From an uncultured Spirochaetota bacterium (GTDB lineage Bacteria > Spirochaetota > UBA4802 > UBA5550), in NCBI GenBank assembly GCA_942493035.1, contig OW818666.1, forward strand, positions 4,294,874 through 4,358,873: 64,000 nt of DNA, read 5' to 3'. Position 1 is the first letter of the stretch, and every line of letters starts with the position of its first letter. The position numbers and the translations under genes are program-made. This document shows, piece by piece, positions 33,103 to 42,273 of the stretch. A model generated the notes under the pieces. The model made no database searches. It saw only the letters and a program-made list of their open reading frames with translations, and had not been told where the DNA came from.

Positions 33103-33888
33103 TTATTCTATCTCAAAAGATTTTTCTGAAATCAACATAGTTGAAATCAATAATCTTCCTAATTTTGTCGGCTTATAATTATTTGTATTGCTAAAATCAT
33201 TTAATACTTTTTCTAAAGACCTAAATTTATCATTGATAAGTTCTATTTCTTTTGAGCTAGATGATTCTAAACCGTAGCGTAAAGATGTTGGTATTTTAAA
33301 TTCTTTAATAATTAATCCAGATTTACTTAGCTTTGAAACATTTAATCTGTCTTTATTTAATAGAATTTCATGTTTCTCTAAATCTTTTGATTGAAATTTA
33401 TGTATTTGAAATAACTCAGGATAATATGTATTAAACTGTTCAGCTTGGGATGCTGTCATTTTATCATGATTACAATAATGATAAAGTATTAGAATTTGTT
33501 CATAATTTAACTCATCAACAATTTGAATAATTTCATCGGCAATATGAATATCAACTTTCTCATCTAAACCATTATTTACTATATTTCCAATCCATTCACA
33601 TTTAGCTTCGAAGTTTGAATTTGTTGATGCCTTTAAACCAGTTTCAATTAATCGGATTTTATTTTGATCTTCAATAATAATTTTAGATAATTCGTTAACC
33701 TTGCTATCAATTGCTTTGAGAAATTTAACAGCTCTATCAAGTCTTTGGTTTGGTATAACGGCACAGATTATCTCACTAAGGACAGGTCCCGCGTAAGGTA
33801 TGATCCCAATAATAGCTCTATTCAAAGCAGCAAGTTTATCGGATAGATTATTATCTAATATTTTTGAATTATCCATCAGAATCCTCAA
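33103..33888 (-). CDS. hypothetical cassette protein (261 aa)
   Basis: ORF bounded by the attC at 33933-34029 and an attC R' box disrupted by the IS1182 end. Confidence 0.5.
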   Translation of the reverse strand: MRILMDNSKILDNNLSDKLAALNRAIIGIIPYAGPVLSEIICAVIPNQRLDRAVKFLKAIDSKVNELSKIIIEDQNKIRLIETGLKASTNSNFEAKCEWIGNIVNNGLDEKVDIHIADEIIQIVDELNYEQILILYHYCNHDKMTASQAEQFNTYYPELFQIHKFQSKDLEKHEILLNKDRLNVSKLSKSGLIIKEFKIPTSLRYGLESSSSKEIELINDKFRSLEKVLNDFSNTNNYKPTKLGRLLISTMLISEKSFEIE

Positions 33889-33932
33889 GAGTATTAATTT
33901 AATGAATCACAGAAATTTTTAAAAATATTGCG

Positions 33933-34029
33933 CACAACGTCTTGCTTACCCGACGTTGCGCGGTCTTTTGCGCAATGTGGCGAAGCCCAAGTGAGGTACT
34001 CCGAACGCCGCGGGTAAGCTTTGTTATCG
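33933..34029 (-). repeat. integron attC-like site (type GCTTACCCG)
   Basis: ACAAC...CTTGCTTACCCGACG...GCCACAT...CGCGGGTAAGC...GTTAT; imperfect inverted repeat with a conserved centre. Confidence 0.7.
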
Positions 34030-34039
34030 GCTGTTGCAT

Positions 34040-34444
34040 TTATTTCACGGTCCAGTTTTCAATTTTTAAATTATGAACTTTTTTGAATTCTTTTGTATTA
34101 TTTGTTACAAGAATTGCATTCTTTGCTAATACTGTCGCAGCAATTATATAATCATTAGGGCCAATAATAGTTCCTTTCAATTCCATTGATGCTCTGATTT
34201 TCGAATAAGCAATTGAGCAATCATCATCAAATGAAATAATTTCGAAGGGTTCAAGAAACCTATTTATATTAACTAAATTTTTAGTTTTATGCTGACTTTT
34301 CTCAGCACCATATAGAAGCTCGGCTTTAACAATGGATGGAATTTTTATATTATTTGGGTTTGTATTATGAATATTATCTACAATCGATTGATATAATCCT
34401 TTAAGAAAATATACGCAAATATTTGTATCTAAAAAATAAATCAT
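34040..34444 (-). CDS. vapC: PIN-domain toxin VapC
   Basis: PIN motifs (FLDTNICVY; TNNTKEF); 4-bp overlap with the antitoxin. Confidence 0.8.
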   Translation of the reverse strand: MIYFLDTNICVYFLKGLYQSIVDNIHNTNPNNIKIPSIVKAELLYGAEKSQHKTKNLVNINRFLEPFEIISFDDDCSIAYSKIRASMELKGTIIGPNDYIIAATVLAKNAILVTNNTKEFKKVHNLKIENWTVK

Positions 34445-34668
34445 AAACTTTCTCTTTTAGAATCATGCTTAAAAGATAATTGATCAATTTTAAAAGATTC
34501 GTCTGCGATAGAACCAAATAAGTCAAAGAATCCTTGTGGATAATCTTCTTTTATTACTTTTTTAATGTTTTTACCAACCCATTTAGAAATCGAAATTTTT
34601 TCTTTATTCGCAGCTTTCTCTATTTTGGTTAATGTATCTTTGTCAATGTATAATGATATTTGTGGCAT
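34441..34668 (-). CDS. vapB: VapB-like antitoxin
   Basis: 75-aa ORF translationally coupled upstream of the PIN gene. Confidence 0.65.
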   Translation of the reverse strand: MPQISLYIDKDTLTKIEKAANKEKISISKWVGKNIKKVIKEDYPQGFFDLFGSIADESFKIDQLSFKHDSKRESL

Positions 34669-34745
34669 AGGAAACCTCCTATGTAAAAGATAATAAATTG
34701 TGTGAAAATGTCAAGTATATTAACAAGTATAGTTTAAATGCAATT

Positions 34746-35843
34746 CCTGAATTCAAGTTTGAAATGCAAAAGGAAATTAAAATAGTAGCCTCATGAGAAA
34801 TCTCCATAAAGGATTGAGTCGACCAAAACCAAATCCGAGAGAGATACCCATGAGGCATTTTAAACAAGTACAGTTTGAAGAAAGATTTGTCATGCAAAAA
34901 ATGATTTATTCAGATAAGCCTGTGAAAGAAACTGCTGAATTATTAAATCGTGATAAATCAACAATTTATCGCGAAATTGATAGGAATAAAACAAAAGGCT
35001 ATCATGCACAAGAAGCTCAAGCGGAATATTTAAAGAGGAAAAATTTAAAAAAAAGAAAGCTTGATGTCAATGGCTTACTGCGTTTGATAGTTATAACCTT
35101 TTTAAGGAACGGCGATTCACCCGAATTAATTTCTCAATACCTAAAGACAATGTTTCTGGAAGATGCATCAATGCACTTATCACACGAATCTATATATCAG
35201 TGGTTGTATGCTCAAAAAAATGAAAAGGGTGAATATCGTTTTACTCAATTTTTATTTATAAAACGGAAGAAACGCCAAAATCGCTCAAATACCTATAAAA
35301 ACAGGGCAAAAGATCCTTCGAAAAAGAATATAAGGGAACGCCCTGAAGAAGCAAATGATAAAAGCGAAATAGGCCATCTTGAGGGGGATCTGATTGTAAG
35401 CTCTGGAAATGATGCATATCTTCTTACTCTTGTGGAAAGAAAAGCAGCATTTACATGGGGTATTAAATTGCCTTCAAAAGATGCGGAAACTGTTACACGA
35501 GGAATTACAGAGGCTTTGGGTTCATTACCTGATGGATTTGTTAAATCAATTACATTTGATAATGGTTCAGAATTTTGCATGCATAAGACAATTGAAAATG
35601 CTCTTAACTGTAATGTATATTTTGCTGATCCTTATTCCTCATGGCAACGAGGTCTTAATGAACATATAAATGGGCGTATCAGATATTATCTTCCAAAGAA
35701 AAAAAGTTTCGCACACTTGACAGATGAATTTATTGATGATAGTATTTTTTCTATAAACGCAAGGCCGAGAAAATCCCGTGGTTGGAAATCTCCTGCTGAT
35801 ATTTTAAACTCCCATCTTGTCGCATTTCAAACTTGAATTCAGG
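34746..35843 (+). mobile_element. IS30-family insertion sequence, copy 1 (1098 bp)
   Basis: Perfect 22-bp terminal IRs CCTGAATTCAAGTTTGAAATGC; second copy at 43766-44863. Confidence 0.85.
34793..35836 (+). CDS. IS30-family transposase
   Basis: 347 aa, HTH N-terminus and DDE core (GHLEGDLIV; FDNGSEF). Confidence 0.85.
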   Translation: MRNLHKGLSRPKPNPREIPMRHFKQVQFEERFVMQKMIYSDKPVKETAELLNRDKSTIYREIDRNKTKGYHAQEAQAEYLKRKNLKKRKLDVNGLLRLIVITFLRNGDSPELISQYLKTMFLEDASMHLSHESIYQWLYAQKNEKGEYRFTQFLFIKRKKRQNRSNTYKNRAKDPSKKNIRERPEEANDKSEIGHLEGDLIVSSGNDAYLLTLVERKAAFTWGIKLPSKDAETVTRGITEALGSLPDGFVKSITFDNGSEFCMHKTIENALNCNVYFADPYSSWQRGLNEHINGRIRYYLPKKKSFAHLTDEFIDDSIFSINARPRKSRGWKSPADILNSHLVAFQT

Positions 35844-36498
35844 TTCTACTCATACTTTGAATACATTCCCATGGTTTTAATAAATCTTTAAAATAACTAC
35901 TGGCATATTGAATGCCTCTATCTGAATGAAATATAAAACCTTTACCTGGATTTCTTCTCATGCAGGCCATATTAAAGGCATCCCCAACAAGTTCAGCCCG
36001 CATATGATTAGCCATTGACCATCCGATAATCATTCTGGAATACAAATCCATTACGATACAAAGATATAACCATCCTTCCGAAGTTCCGATATATGTTATA
36101 TCCGAAACCCAGACTCGATCTTTTTCCTCTACAATAAAATTCCGGTCCACTATATTATCAGCCACAGGAAGAGTATGGGATGAATTAGTTGTGGCCTTAA
36201 ACTTTTTAACTGTTTTTGCCTTAATTTCGTTCACATGCATCAGCCTTTCTACTCTGTTAAGGCTACAGGTGATACCTTCCTCTATTAAATCCTGATGAAT
36301 TCTGGGACTGCCATATCTCTTATCGCTTGCAATATGTGATGAAATTATTCTCTCAAGAATAATTTCATCATCAAATGATCTTTTACTTCTTGGGCATTTA
36401 AGCCATGAATAATATCCGCTTTTACTCACTTCTAATGTCTGGCATATTCTTGATACTGAAAATTCACCACTATGCGTTTTGATGAAGTCATATTTCAT
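35839..36498 (-). pseudogene. IS3-family transposase OrfB, C-terminally truncated by IS30
   Basis: Integrase-core motifs (WVSDITYI; FHSDRGIQY); the ORF ends at the IS30 junction. Confidence 0.8.
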
Positions 36499-36785
36499 TC
36501 TTGTGGTTTCGAGAATATGCCCAGAGCCTTTTTTAGAATGTCACGCTCCTGCTTCAGGATTGCCATCTCTTTCTTTAGTCGCTTTATCTCATCAATATCT
36601 TCGGGATTTATAGTGACTGTCCCGGTTTTTCTTTCTTCATATTCAAGTTCTCTATTCCGGCGTAGTAAATTATCTCTGTTAATCCCGAGATCCTTCGCTA
36701 TTTCTAGTGAGGTCTTACCGCTACTTCTTAATAATTCTACTGCTTCTTTTTTAAACTCCTGGGTAAAATTGCTTCTTCTTGACAT
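36495..36785 (-). CDS. IS3-family transposase OrfA (HTH)
   Basis: 96 aa with HTH and leucine zipper, overlapping orfB as in IS3 frameshift units; IS3 terminal IR ends near 36851. Confidence 0.8.
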   Translation of the reverse strand: MSRRSNFTQEFKKEAVELLRSSGKTSLEIAKDLGINRDNLLRRNRELEYEERKTGTVTINPEDIDEIKRLKKEMAILKQERDILKKALGIFSKPQE

Positions 36786-36851
36786 TATAAGCCTCCAATA
36801 TTATTATATTTTCGGCTTAACTTGGTGTCCGCAATATCGGGGGAAGTTCAC

Positions 36852-36905
36852 AGTACAAAATTTTTAGTAAACTTGGCAAACGTCGTTTAGCCAAGACGTT
36901 ATCCG
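36852..36905 (+). repeat. attC 3' half (R' side) interrupted by the IS3 end
   Basis: AAAATTTTTAGTAAACTTGGCAAACGTCGTTTAGCCAAGACGTTAT matches the 3' half of the attC at 63413-63568. Confidence 0.7.
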
Positions 36906-36976
36906 AAATTTCGCCCCCCTTCCTGTTTTAAAATTTATCGCTTGACATTTAATTATTATGTAATTAAATTATAATT

Positions 36977-37264
36977 ATGAAACACATTACTTTTACATGG
37001 GATACAAAAAAGAATTCCGTTAACACACAGAAACACGGAGTATCTTTTGACGAAGCTAAATCAGTATTTTATGATGATAATGCGCGATTGATGCATGATC
37101 CGGATCACTCTGAAGATGAAGAAAGATTTCTTATACTTGGATTAAGTGAACGATTAAACATTCTTATTGTTTGCCATTGTTACCGTGAAGAAAATGAAAA
37201 TATAAGAATTATTTCTGCACGAAAAGCAACTAAGAATGAAAAAAAGCAATATCAGGAGTTTTGA
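36977..37264 (+). CDS. brnT: BrnT-family (DUF497) toxin
   Basis: DUF497 pattern (FTWDTKKNSVNTQKHGVSFDEA). Confidence 0.7.
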   Translation: MKHITFTWDTKKNSVNTQKHGVSFDEAKSVFYDDNARLMHDPDHSEDEERFLILGLSERLNILIVCHCYREENENIRIISARKATKNEKKQYQEF

Positions 37265-37476
37265 AAATGAGAAAAGAATATAATTTTTCAGAATCAATAA
37301 AAAATCCATACTCCGCGAAACTTAAAAAGCAGATTACCATAAGAATCGACGAAGATACGATTGATTACTTTAAAACACTAGCTGTCGAAATAGGAATTCC
37401 TTATCAAAAGTTAATGAATCTATATCTTGCTGAATGCGCAAAGAGTCATAAAAAGTTGAAACTTAATTGGAAGTAA
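37261..37476 (+). CDS. brnA: BrnA-family antitoxin
   Basis: 71-aa ORF overlapping the brnT stop. Confidence 0.65.
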   Translation: MKMRKEYNFSESIKNPYSAKLKKQITIRIDEDTIDYFKTLAVEIGIPYQKLMNLYLAECAKSHKKLKLNWK

Positions 37477-37549
37477 AACGGGGGGGCAAAACATCGGATA
37501 ACAAAGGCTAAACGCAGCGCCGGAGTACCGGCTTGGGCTGCGCCACATT

Positions 37550-39383
37550 GTGTGTCACGCAAGGAGTATAGAAGATGAAGGAGGGCCCTTCGGAGCCGGT
37601 ATACAGGTACAGGCTTCAAACCGCCTTAAGCTGCATTGGTAAAGAGCTATTGTGGTGAGCGTTAAGGAAAAGGCGTGATAAACACGTCAGGTGCGTTACA
37701 CGGAGACAAACGCAAGTGAATCATTGATGAGGTGTCGAAAGAGCCTACAGTTGAAGTCAAAACCGGGGTACAATGTGGATTTCGGGATAAATCTGAGAGA
37801 AACCTGTCTACTGCTCAGGTGGCTTCCGGCATAAAGATGGTGTGACTGTGTAACAGGCTTTTATATTCAACGTGAGAACCTGTCGTTTTGATGTTAAGGG
37901 AGAACTTCAAGCGGAGGCCCCGCGAGAAAGAGAGTACCGAAGCAAAGCACAGGGGCGGAGTGGTTCGTAGTAGTGAAGAAGTCTCTGTAATGGAGATGGA
38001 GCGAAGGAATCACGTTGTTCAGCTTTAAAGATTGATCAACCGGAAAACGGGAGGAGTTGATTGGATAAAGCAAAACCGTATTATATTTCCAAACATAATG
38101 TCTGGGAAAGCTACAAACAGGTAAAAGCAAACAGGGGTGCTCCCGGCGTTGATGGCGTAAATCTGGCAGATTTTGAGGCAGAATTGAAAAATAATCTGTA
38201 TAAAATCTGGAACCGGATGTCATCTGGAAGTTATGTACCTTCTCCTGTGCGTCGGGTTGAGATACCGAAAAGCGATGGGAAAACCCGGACACTCGGGATT
38301 CCCACAGTGTCTGACCGGATAGCGCAGATGGTAGTCAAACGTGAGCTCGAACCGGTATTGGAAAAAGTATTTCATCACAGCTCTTACGGATATCGCCCGA
38401 TGCGGTCTGCAAAAGATGCTGTTGCAAGTGCCCGTAAAAACTGCTGGAAATACGACTGGGTGTTAGACATCGACATTAAAGGATTTTTCGATAATATCGA
38501 TCATGACCTCATGATGAAAGCAGTACGTCGGCATACAGAAAGCGGATGGGTTAGACTGTACATAGAGCGATGGCTGAAAGCACCCGTTATGACAACTGAA
38601 GAAGGCCTTCAGCAACGAACACAGGGAACACCTCAGGGCGGAGTGATAAGCCCGCTTCTTGCAAATCTGTTTCTTCATTATGCATTTGATGTCTGGATGG
38701 GGAAAAATTATCCGTCAGTATCTTTTGAAAGATATGCGGATGACTGTATCTGTCACTGCCGCACTGAAGATGAGGCAGTCAGGCTGAAGGAAGCGCTGGA
38801 AAAGAGAATGGCTGAATGCAGGCTCGAACTCCATCCGGAAAAGACAAAGATAGTATATTGTAGAGATGACGCAAGAAAGGGCAGCTACCCGGTAGAATGC
38901 TTTGATTTTCTGGGTTTTACATTTAAAGCACGAAGGTCAAAGACGAAGCATGGGAAATATTTTATCAACTTCAGTCCAGCGGCGAGTGATAAGGCATTGA
39001 AGAACATGAGAATAACCATGAAAGCGTGGAATGTTCATCAGCGAAGCAGAGAATCACTTGAGGAATTATCCTGTAGGTTCAATGCGAAAATCAGAGGATG
39101 GATCAACTATTATGGGAGTTTTTACAGATCAGCGATGTACCCGACTTTACGTAATTTTGATTTAATTCTTTCGAGATGGGCAATGAAGAAATATAAACGT
39201 TTAAGAAATCACAAACGGAGAGCCAGGCACTGGATAGAACGTATTGCGATGAAAGAGCCGTGTTTATTTTCGCATTGGAGAATTCTTTACGGTAACGGTT
39301 GAACAACAAGAGCCGGATGAATCGAGAGATTCACGTCCGGTTCCGTGAGAGCGTAGAGGGGAGGTTCCTCTGCGCCACTCGAC
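37550..39383 (+). mobile_element. group II intron (class-C-like), copy 1, 1834 bp
   Basis: Starts GTGTG; domain V GAGCCGGATGAATCGAGAGATTCACGTCCGGTTC after the ORF; ends ...CGAC; identical to copies at 51095 and 53925. Confidence 0.85.
38061..39302 (+). CDS. group II intron reverse transcriptase/maturase (no endonuclease domain)
   Basis: 413 aa, RT domains 0-7 with YADD, plus maturase X domain. Confidence 0.9.
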   Translation: MDKAKPYYISKHNVWESYKQVKANRGAPGVDGVNLADFEAELKNNLYKIWNRMSSGSYVPSPVRRVEIPKSDGKTRTLGIPTVSDRIAQMVVKRELEPVLEKVFHHSSYGYRPMRSAKDAVASARKNCWKYDWVLDIDIKGFFDNIDHDLMMKAVRRHTESGWVRLYIERWLKAPVMTTEEGLQQRTQGTPQGGVISPLLANLFLHYAFDVWMGKNYPSVSFERYADDCICHCRTEDEAVRLKEALEKRMAECRLELHPEKTKIVYCRDDARKGSYPVECFDFLGFTFKARRSKTKHGKYFINFSPAASDKALKNMRITMKAWNVHQRSRESLEELSCRFNAKIRGWINYYGSFYRSAMYPTLRNFDLILSRWAMKKYKRLRNHKRRARHWIERIAMKEPCLFSHWRILYGNG

Positions 39384-39497
39384 AGCAACCTAATGTGGCT
39401 GAATACTTTTAGAACCTGGCAAAAAGATTTTAAAAGAAAATGAATTGAAAAACTCGCTAACGTCAGTTAGCGTGAACGTTATGCGAAAGAGCGGGGG

Positions 39498-40160
39498 CTA
39501 AAACCGCACGTCCTGTGCGGTTTTAGAAAGAAAAAATTTACACTTTTTATTCAATACACATTTATAACATAAAGGATTTCTATTACAAATCAATCTAGTA
39601 ACATCTAATAGACCATAATTATAATCTCTGAATTTTCTCAGTGGTGTTAAACTATCTGATAAATCAGCAAACCATTTTTTTCTTATTGTTTCACCATCCG
39701 TATTAAACCCAAAAAATCTACCATACAAGCGAACTATGTTGCTATCAATTATATATTCACGCTTGTTTAAATGTAGTGATAAAAAAGCTGAAGCAACGTA
39801 CTCTCCTACACATGGTAATTTTAAAAGTTCTATTTTTGAATCGGGTATTTCTTTTAAAGTATTTAATTGTTCGCATAACTTTAAAAATCGTTCATACCTC
39901 CAATTTAGGCCAAGAGTAAGGAAAATATTTTTAGGTGAATCAATAAATTGTTGTGAGGCATTATATTTTTTTATAAAATCAATGTATACTGGTAAAACCT
40001 GATCAGCATTAGTTCGTTGTAATAGAATCTCTGCAGTAAGTGCATGAAACTTATTTTTTGTATTTCTCCATTCAAACGAAGTATAAAATTTTTTTCCTGC
40101 AAGTATTATTTTATTTTGAAAATACAGAATATCTTTCTTGTCCAATTTAAAATCTGTCAT
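39498..40160 (-). CDS. HhH-GPD superfamily DNA glycosylase-like protein with C-terminal 4-Cys cluster
   Basis: HhH motif LLKLPCVGEYVASAFL and cluster CX6CX2CX5C (Nth/MutY-like [4Fe-4S]). Confidence 0.6.
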   Translation of the reverse strand: MTDFKLDKKDILYFQNKIILAGKKFYTSFEWRNTKNKFHALTAEILLQRTNADQVLPVYIDFIKKYNASQQFIDSPKNIFLTLGLNWRYERFLKLCEQLNTLKEIPDSKIELLKLPCVGEYVASAFLSLHLNKREYIIDSNIVRLYGRFFGFNTDGETIRKKWFADLSDSLTPLRKFRDYNYGLLDVTRLICNRNPLCYKCVLNKKCKFFLSKTAQDVRF

Positions 40161-40696
40161 AAATGTTTTTGTTTAAGAAACTCAATATATTTTTGTAAAT
40201 TCATGATTTTAGGTATATAATCTTTGGGGAAATCTTTCCTATATTTTTCAGGGACAACAAGTCTCACATTATACTTATACATCTCATCTAATTGTGTTTT
40301 TGAAATTCCTTGTTGAAGAGTAAATAAATATTTAACTTCGATTTTATCAGCTTCGTTTAAAATTTGTCGCCATCTATCTTTACAGGTAGTTTTGACAGCA
40401 AGAAATGTCATTTCATTGCCTGGAAATAGAATTTTTTTGTATAATTCAATATTTGGAAAAATAAAATCAGGTTTTTTATTCTGTTCTGTTACTGCTTGTG
40501 CAGAAAAAGGTATATGGTTTTCATCAAACATATATGATAAATGATTCTCTAGAGAATGACCGGCCCTTGATTTTCTCCTATTTAAAATGGAGTTTGCGAC
40601 CATTACTAAATTTTCAACTGAATCAAAAGTCTTACTAATGTATTGTTTATATCTATCATTTTCAGTACACAGATTCTTCCTGGAACCATCGAGCAT
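40157..40696 (-). CDS. small nuclease-like protein, possibly PD-(D/E)XK; N-terminus fused to IS1182-derived sequence
   Basis: 179 aa, 4-bp overlap with the glycosylase gene; the first 12 codons or so lie in the IS1182 fragment. Confidence 0.35.
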   Translation of the reverse strand: MLDGSRKNLCTENDRYKQYISKTFDSVENLVMVANSILNRRKSRAGHSLENHLSYMFDENHIPFSAQAVTEQNKKPDFIFPNIELYKKILFPGNEMTFLAVKTTCKDRWRQILNEADKIEVKYLFTLQQGISKTQLDEMYKYNVRLVVPEKYRKDFPKDYIPKIMNLQKYIEFLKQKHL

Positions 40697-42115
40697 ACCA
40701 TAAACTGGATGGTGGATAACAGGATTGATCTTTCAGGATTATCAAAGAAATACAAAAATGATTTTACAGGCGCCCCAGCTTACGATCCGGCAATATTATT
40801 AAAAATAATTCTGCTGGCATATTCCCGCGGAATTATTTCATCACGAATGATAATGAAAGCCTGCCATGAGAATATAATATTCAGAGCTTTATCAGCAGAC
40901 AGCATGCCCGATTTCACTACTATAGCATCTTTTATAAGAGAGATGAAGGATGATGTAAAAACAATATTCACAAACGTGCTACTTGTATGTAATGAGATGA
41001 ATTTATTAGGCGGAACCGAGTTTGCTCTTGACGGATGCAAGATGAGTTCAAACGCAGCTAAAGAGAACAGCGGAACATTTTCTGATTTGAAGAAAAAAAA
41101 GGATAAACTTGAATCTACTGTGAGTTTTCTTTTGAAAAAGCAGATTGAAAACGACTCTGACGATTTTAACGGGAAAGAGAATAATACCGTAAATATTGAG
41201 CAGAGAGTTGAACGTCTTGTGAAAAAGGCAGACAAGATAGAAAAGTTTCTTAAAGAAAAAACACCAAAGTTAAAAACCCGAAGCGGTGAGTGCCAGAGCA
41301 ATATCACTGATAACGAGAGCGCGAAAATGAAAACATCGCATGGAGTAATTCAGGGATATAACGGTTTGGCACTGGTTGATGCAAAACATCAGGTTGTTGT
41401 TAATGCCGAAGCCTTTGGCTCGGGTCATGAGCATGATCTCCTTGTACCAATGATCGAAGGAGCAAAGAAAAATTCAGAAGCTATTGGTCTTGGCTCTAAT
41501 TATTATAAAGGGAAAAGGATTATAGCAGATACAGGTTCATTCAAGGAGGAGAATCTTGAATATCTGTCCTCGGAGGAAATAGACGCATACATTCCGGACC
41601 AGCAATTCCGCAAACGTGATCCGAGGTTTTTAACAATGAGCAGACATAAAAACCATGGTGATAAACCATACACAAAAGATGATTTTAAATATGACAAGGC
41701 ATGCGACAGTTTCACATGTCCTGCCGGTAAATTACTGAAATACTCAGTTAACCAGAAACTTGCTAACACCGAAGGGAGAAGATATATTTCATCAAGAAGC
41801 AACTGTAATGAATGCATTTTAAGGAATAAATGTCTCCGCTCTGAGAAGACACGATATAGAACTCTTTATGTAGTTGATAAATATTTTGACCGCAACTATT
41901 CCGAAGAGATGAAATTAACAATTGATACAATTGAAGGCCGTGAAATTTACAGCAGGAGGATGGGTATTGTTGAGCCTGTATTTGGCAATATCAGAAGTTG
42001 TAAAAATATCTGCAGATTTACTTTAAGGACAAAGAACAAAGTGAATATCCAATGGATTTTATATACGATTGTTCATAACATAGAAAAGATAAGCAGATAC
42101 GGAACTACTGTGTGA
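40643..42115 (+). CDS. IS1182-family DDE transposase (N-terminus replaced)
   Basis: 490 aa; shares 120 identical residues with the 32629-33060 fragment. Confidence 0.8.
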   Translation: MFISIIFSTQILPGTIEHTINWMVDNRIDLSGLSKKYKNDFTGAPAYDPAILLKIILLAYSRGIISSRMIMKACHENIIFRALSADSMPDFTTIASFIREMKDDVKTIFTNVLLVCNEMNLLGGTEFALDGCKMSSNAAKENSGTFSDLKKKKDKLESTVSFLLKKQIENDSDDFNGKENNTVNIEQRVERLVKKADKIEKFLKEKTPKLKTRSGECQSNITDNESAKMKTSHGVIQGYNGLALVDAKHQVVVNAEAFGSGHEHDLLVPMIEGAKKNSEAIGLGSNYYKGKRIIADTGSFKEENLEYLSSEEIDAYIPDQQFRKRDPRFLTMSRHKNHGDKPYTKDDFKYDKACDSFTCPAGKLLKYSVNQKLANTEGRRYISSRSNCNECILRNKCLRSEKTRYRTLYVVDKYFDRNYSEEMKLTIDTIEGREIYSRRMGIVEPVFGNIRSCKNICRFTLRTKNKVNIQWILYTIVHNIEKISRYGTTV

Positions 42116-42228
42116 TTCAGGGATAATAAGTGAAATATATACTTCCCGGATAAGAAATGTTATATAAAAATTAAGTTGATTTTTCAGAATAACAGTAGTT
42201 TAATAATTAATGCTTTTTCTACAGGCTC
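40660..42228 (+). mobile_element. IS1182-family element, 5'-truncated copy
   Basis: Right terminal IR CTTTTTCTACAGGCTC at 42213-42228; homology to the other partial copy begins near 40660. Confidence 0.75.
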
Positions 42229-42273
42229 AACAAAGGCTAAACGCGGCGCTCGGAGTACCTCGCTTGGCCTTCG
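42229..42273 (+). repeat. attC 5' half (R'' side) between IS1182 and IS110
   Basis: AACAAAGGCTAAACGCGGCGCTCGGAGTACCTCGCTTGGCC. Confidence 0.7.

Larger units (their letters stand above)
37498..39484 (+). repeat. attC-like site interrupted by group II intron copy 1
   Basis: GGATAACAAAGGCTAAAC...GCCACATT[intron]AGCAACCTAATGTGGC...GTTAGCGTGAACGTTATGC; it is contiguous when the intron is removed. Confidence 0.75.
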
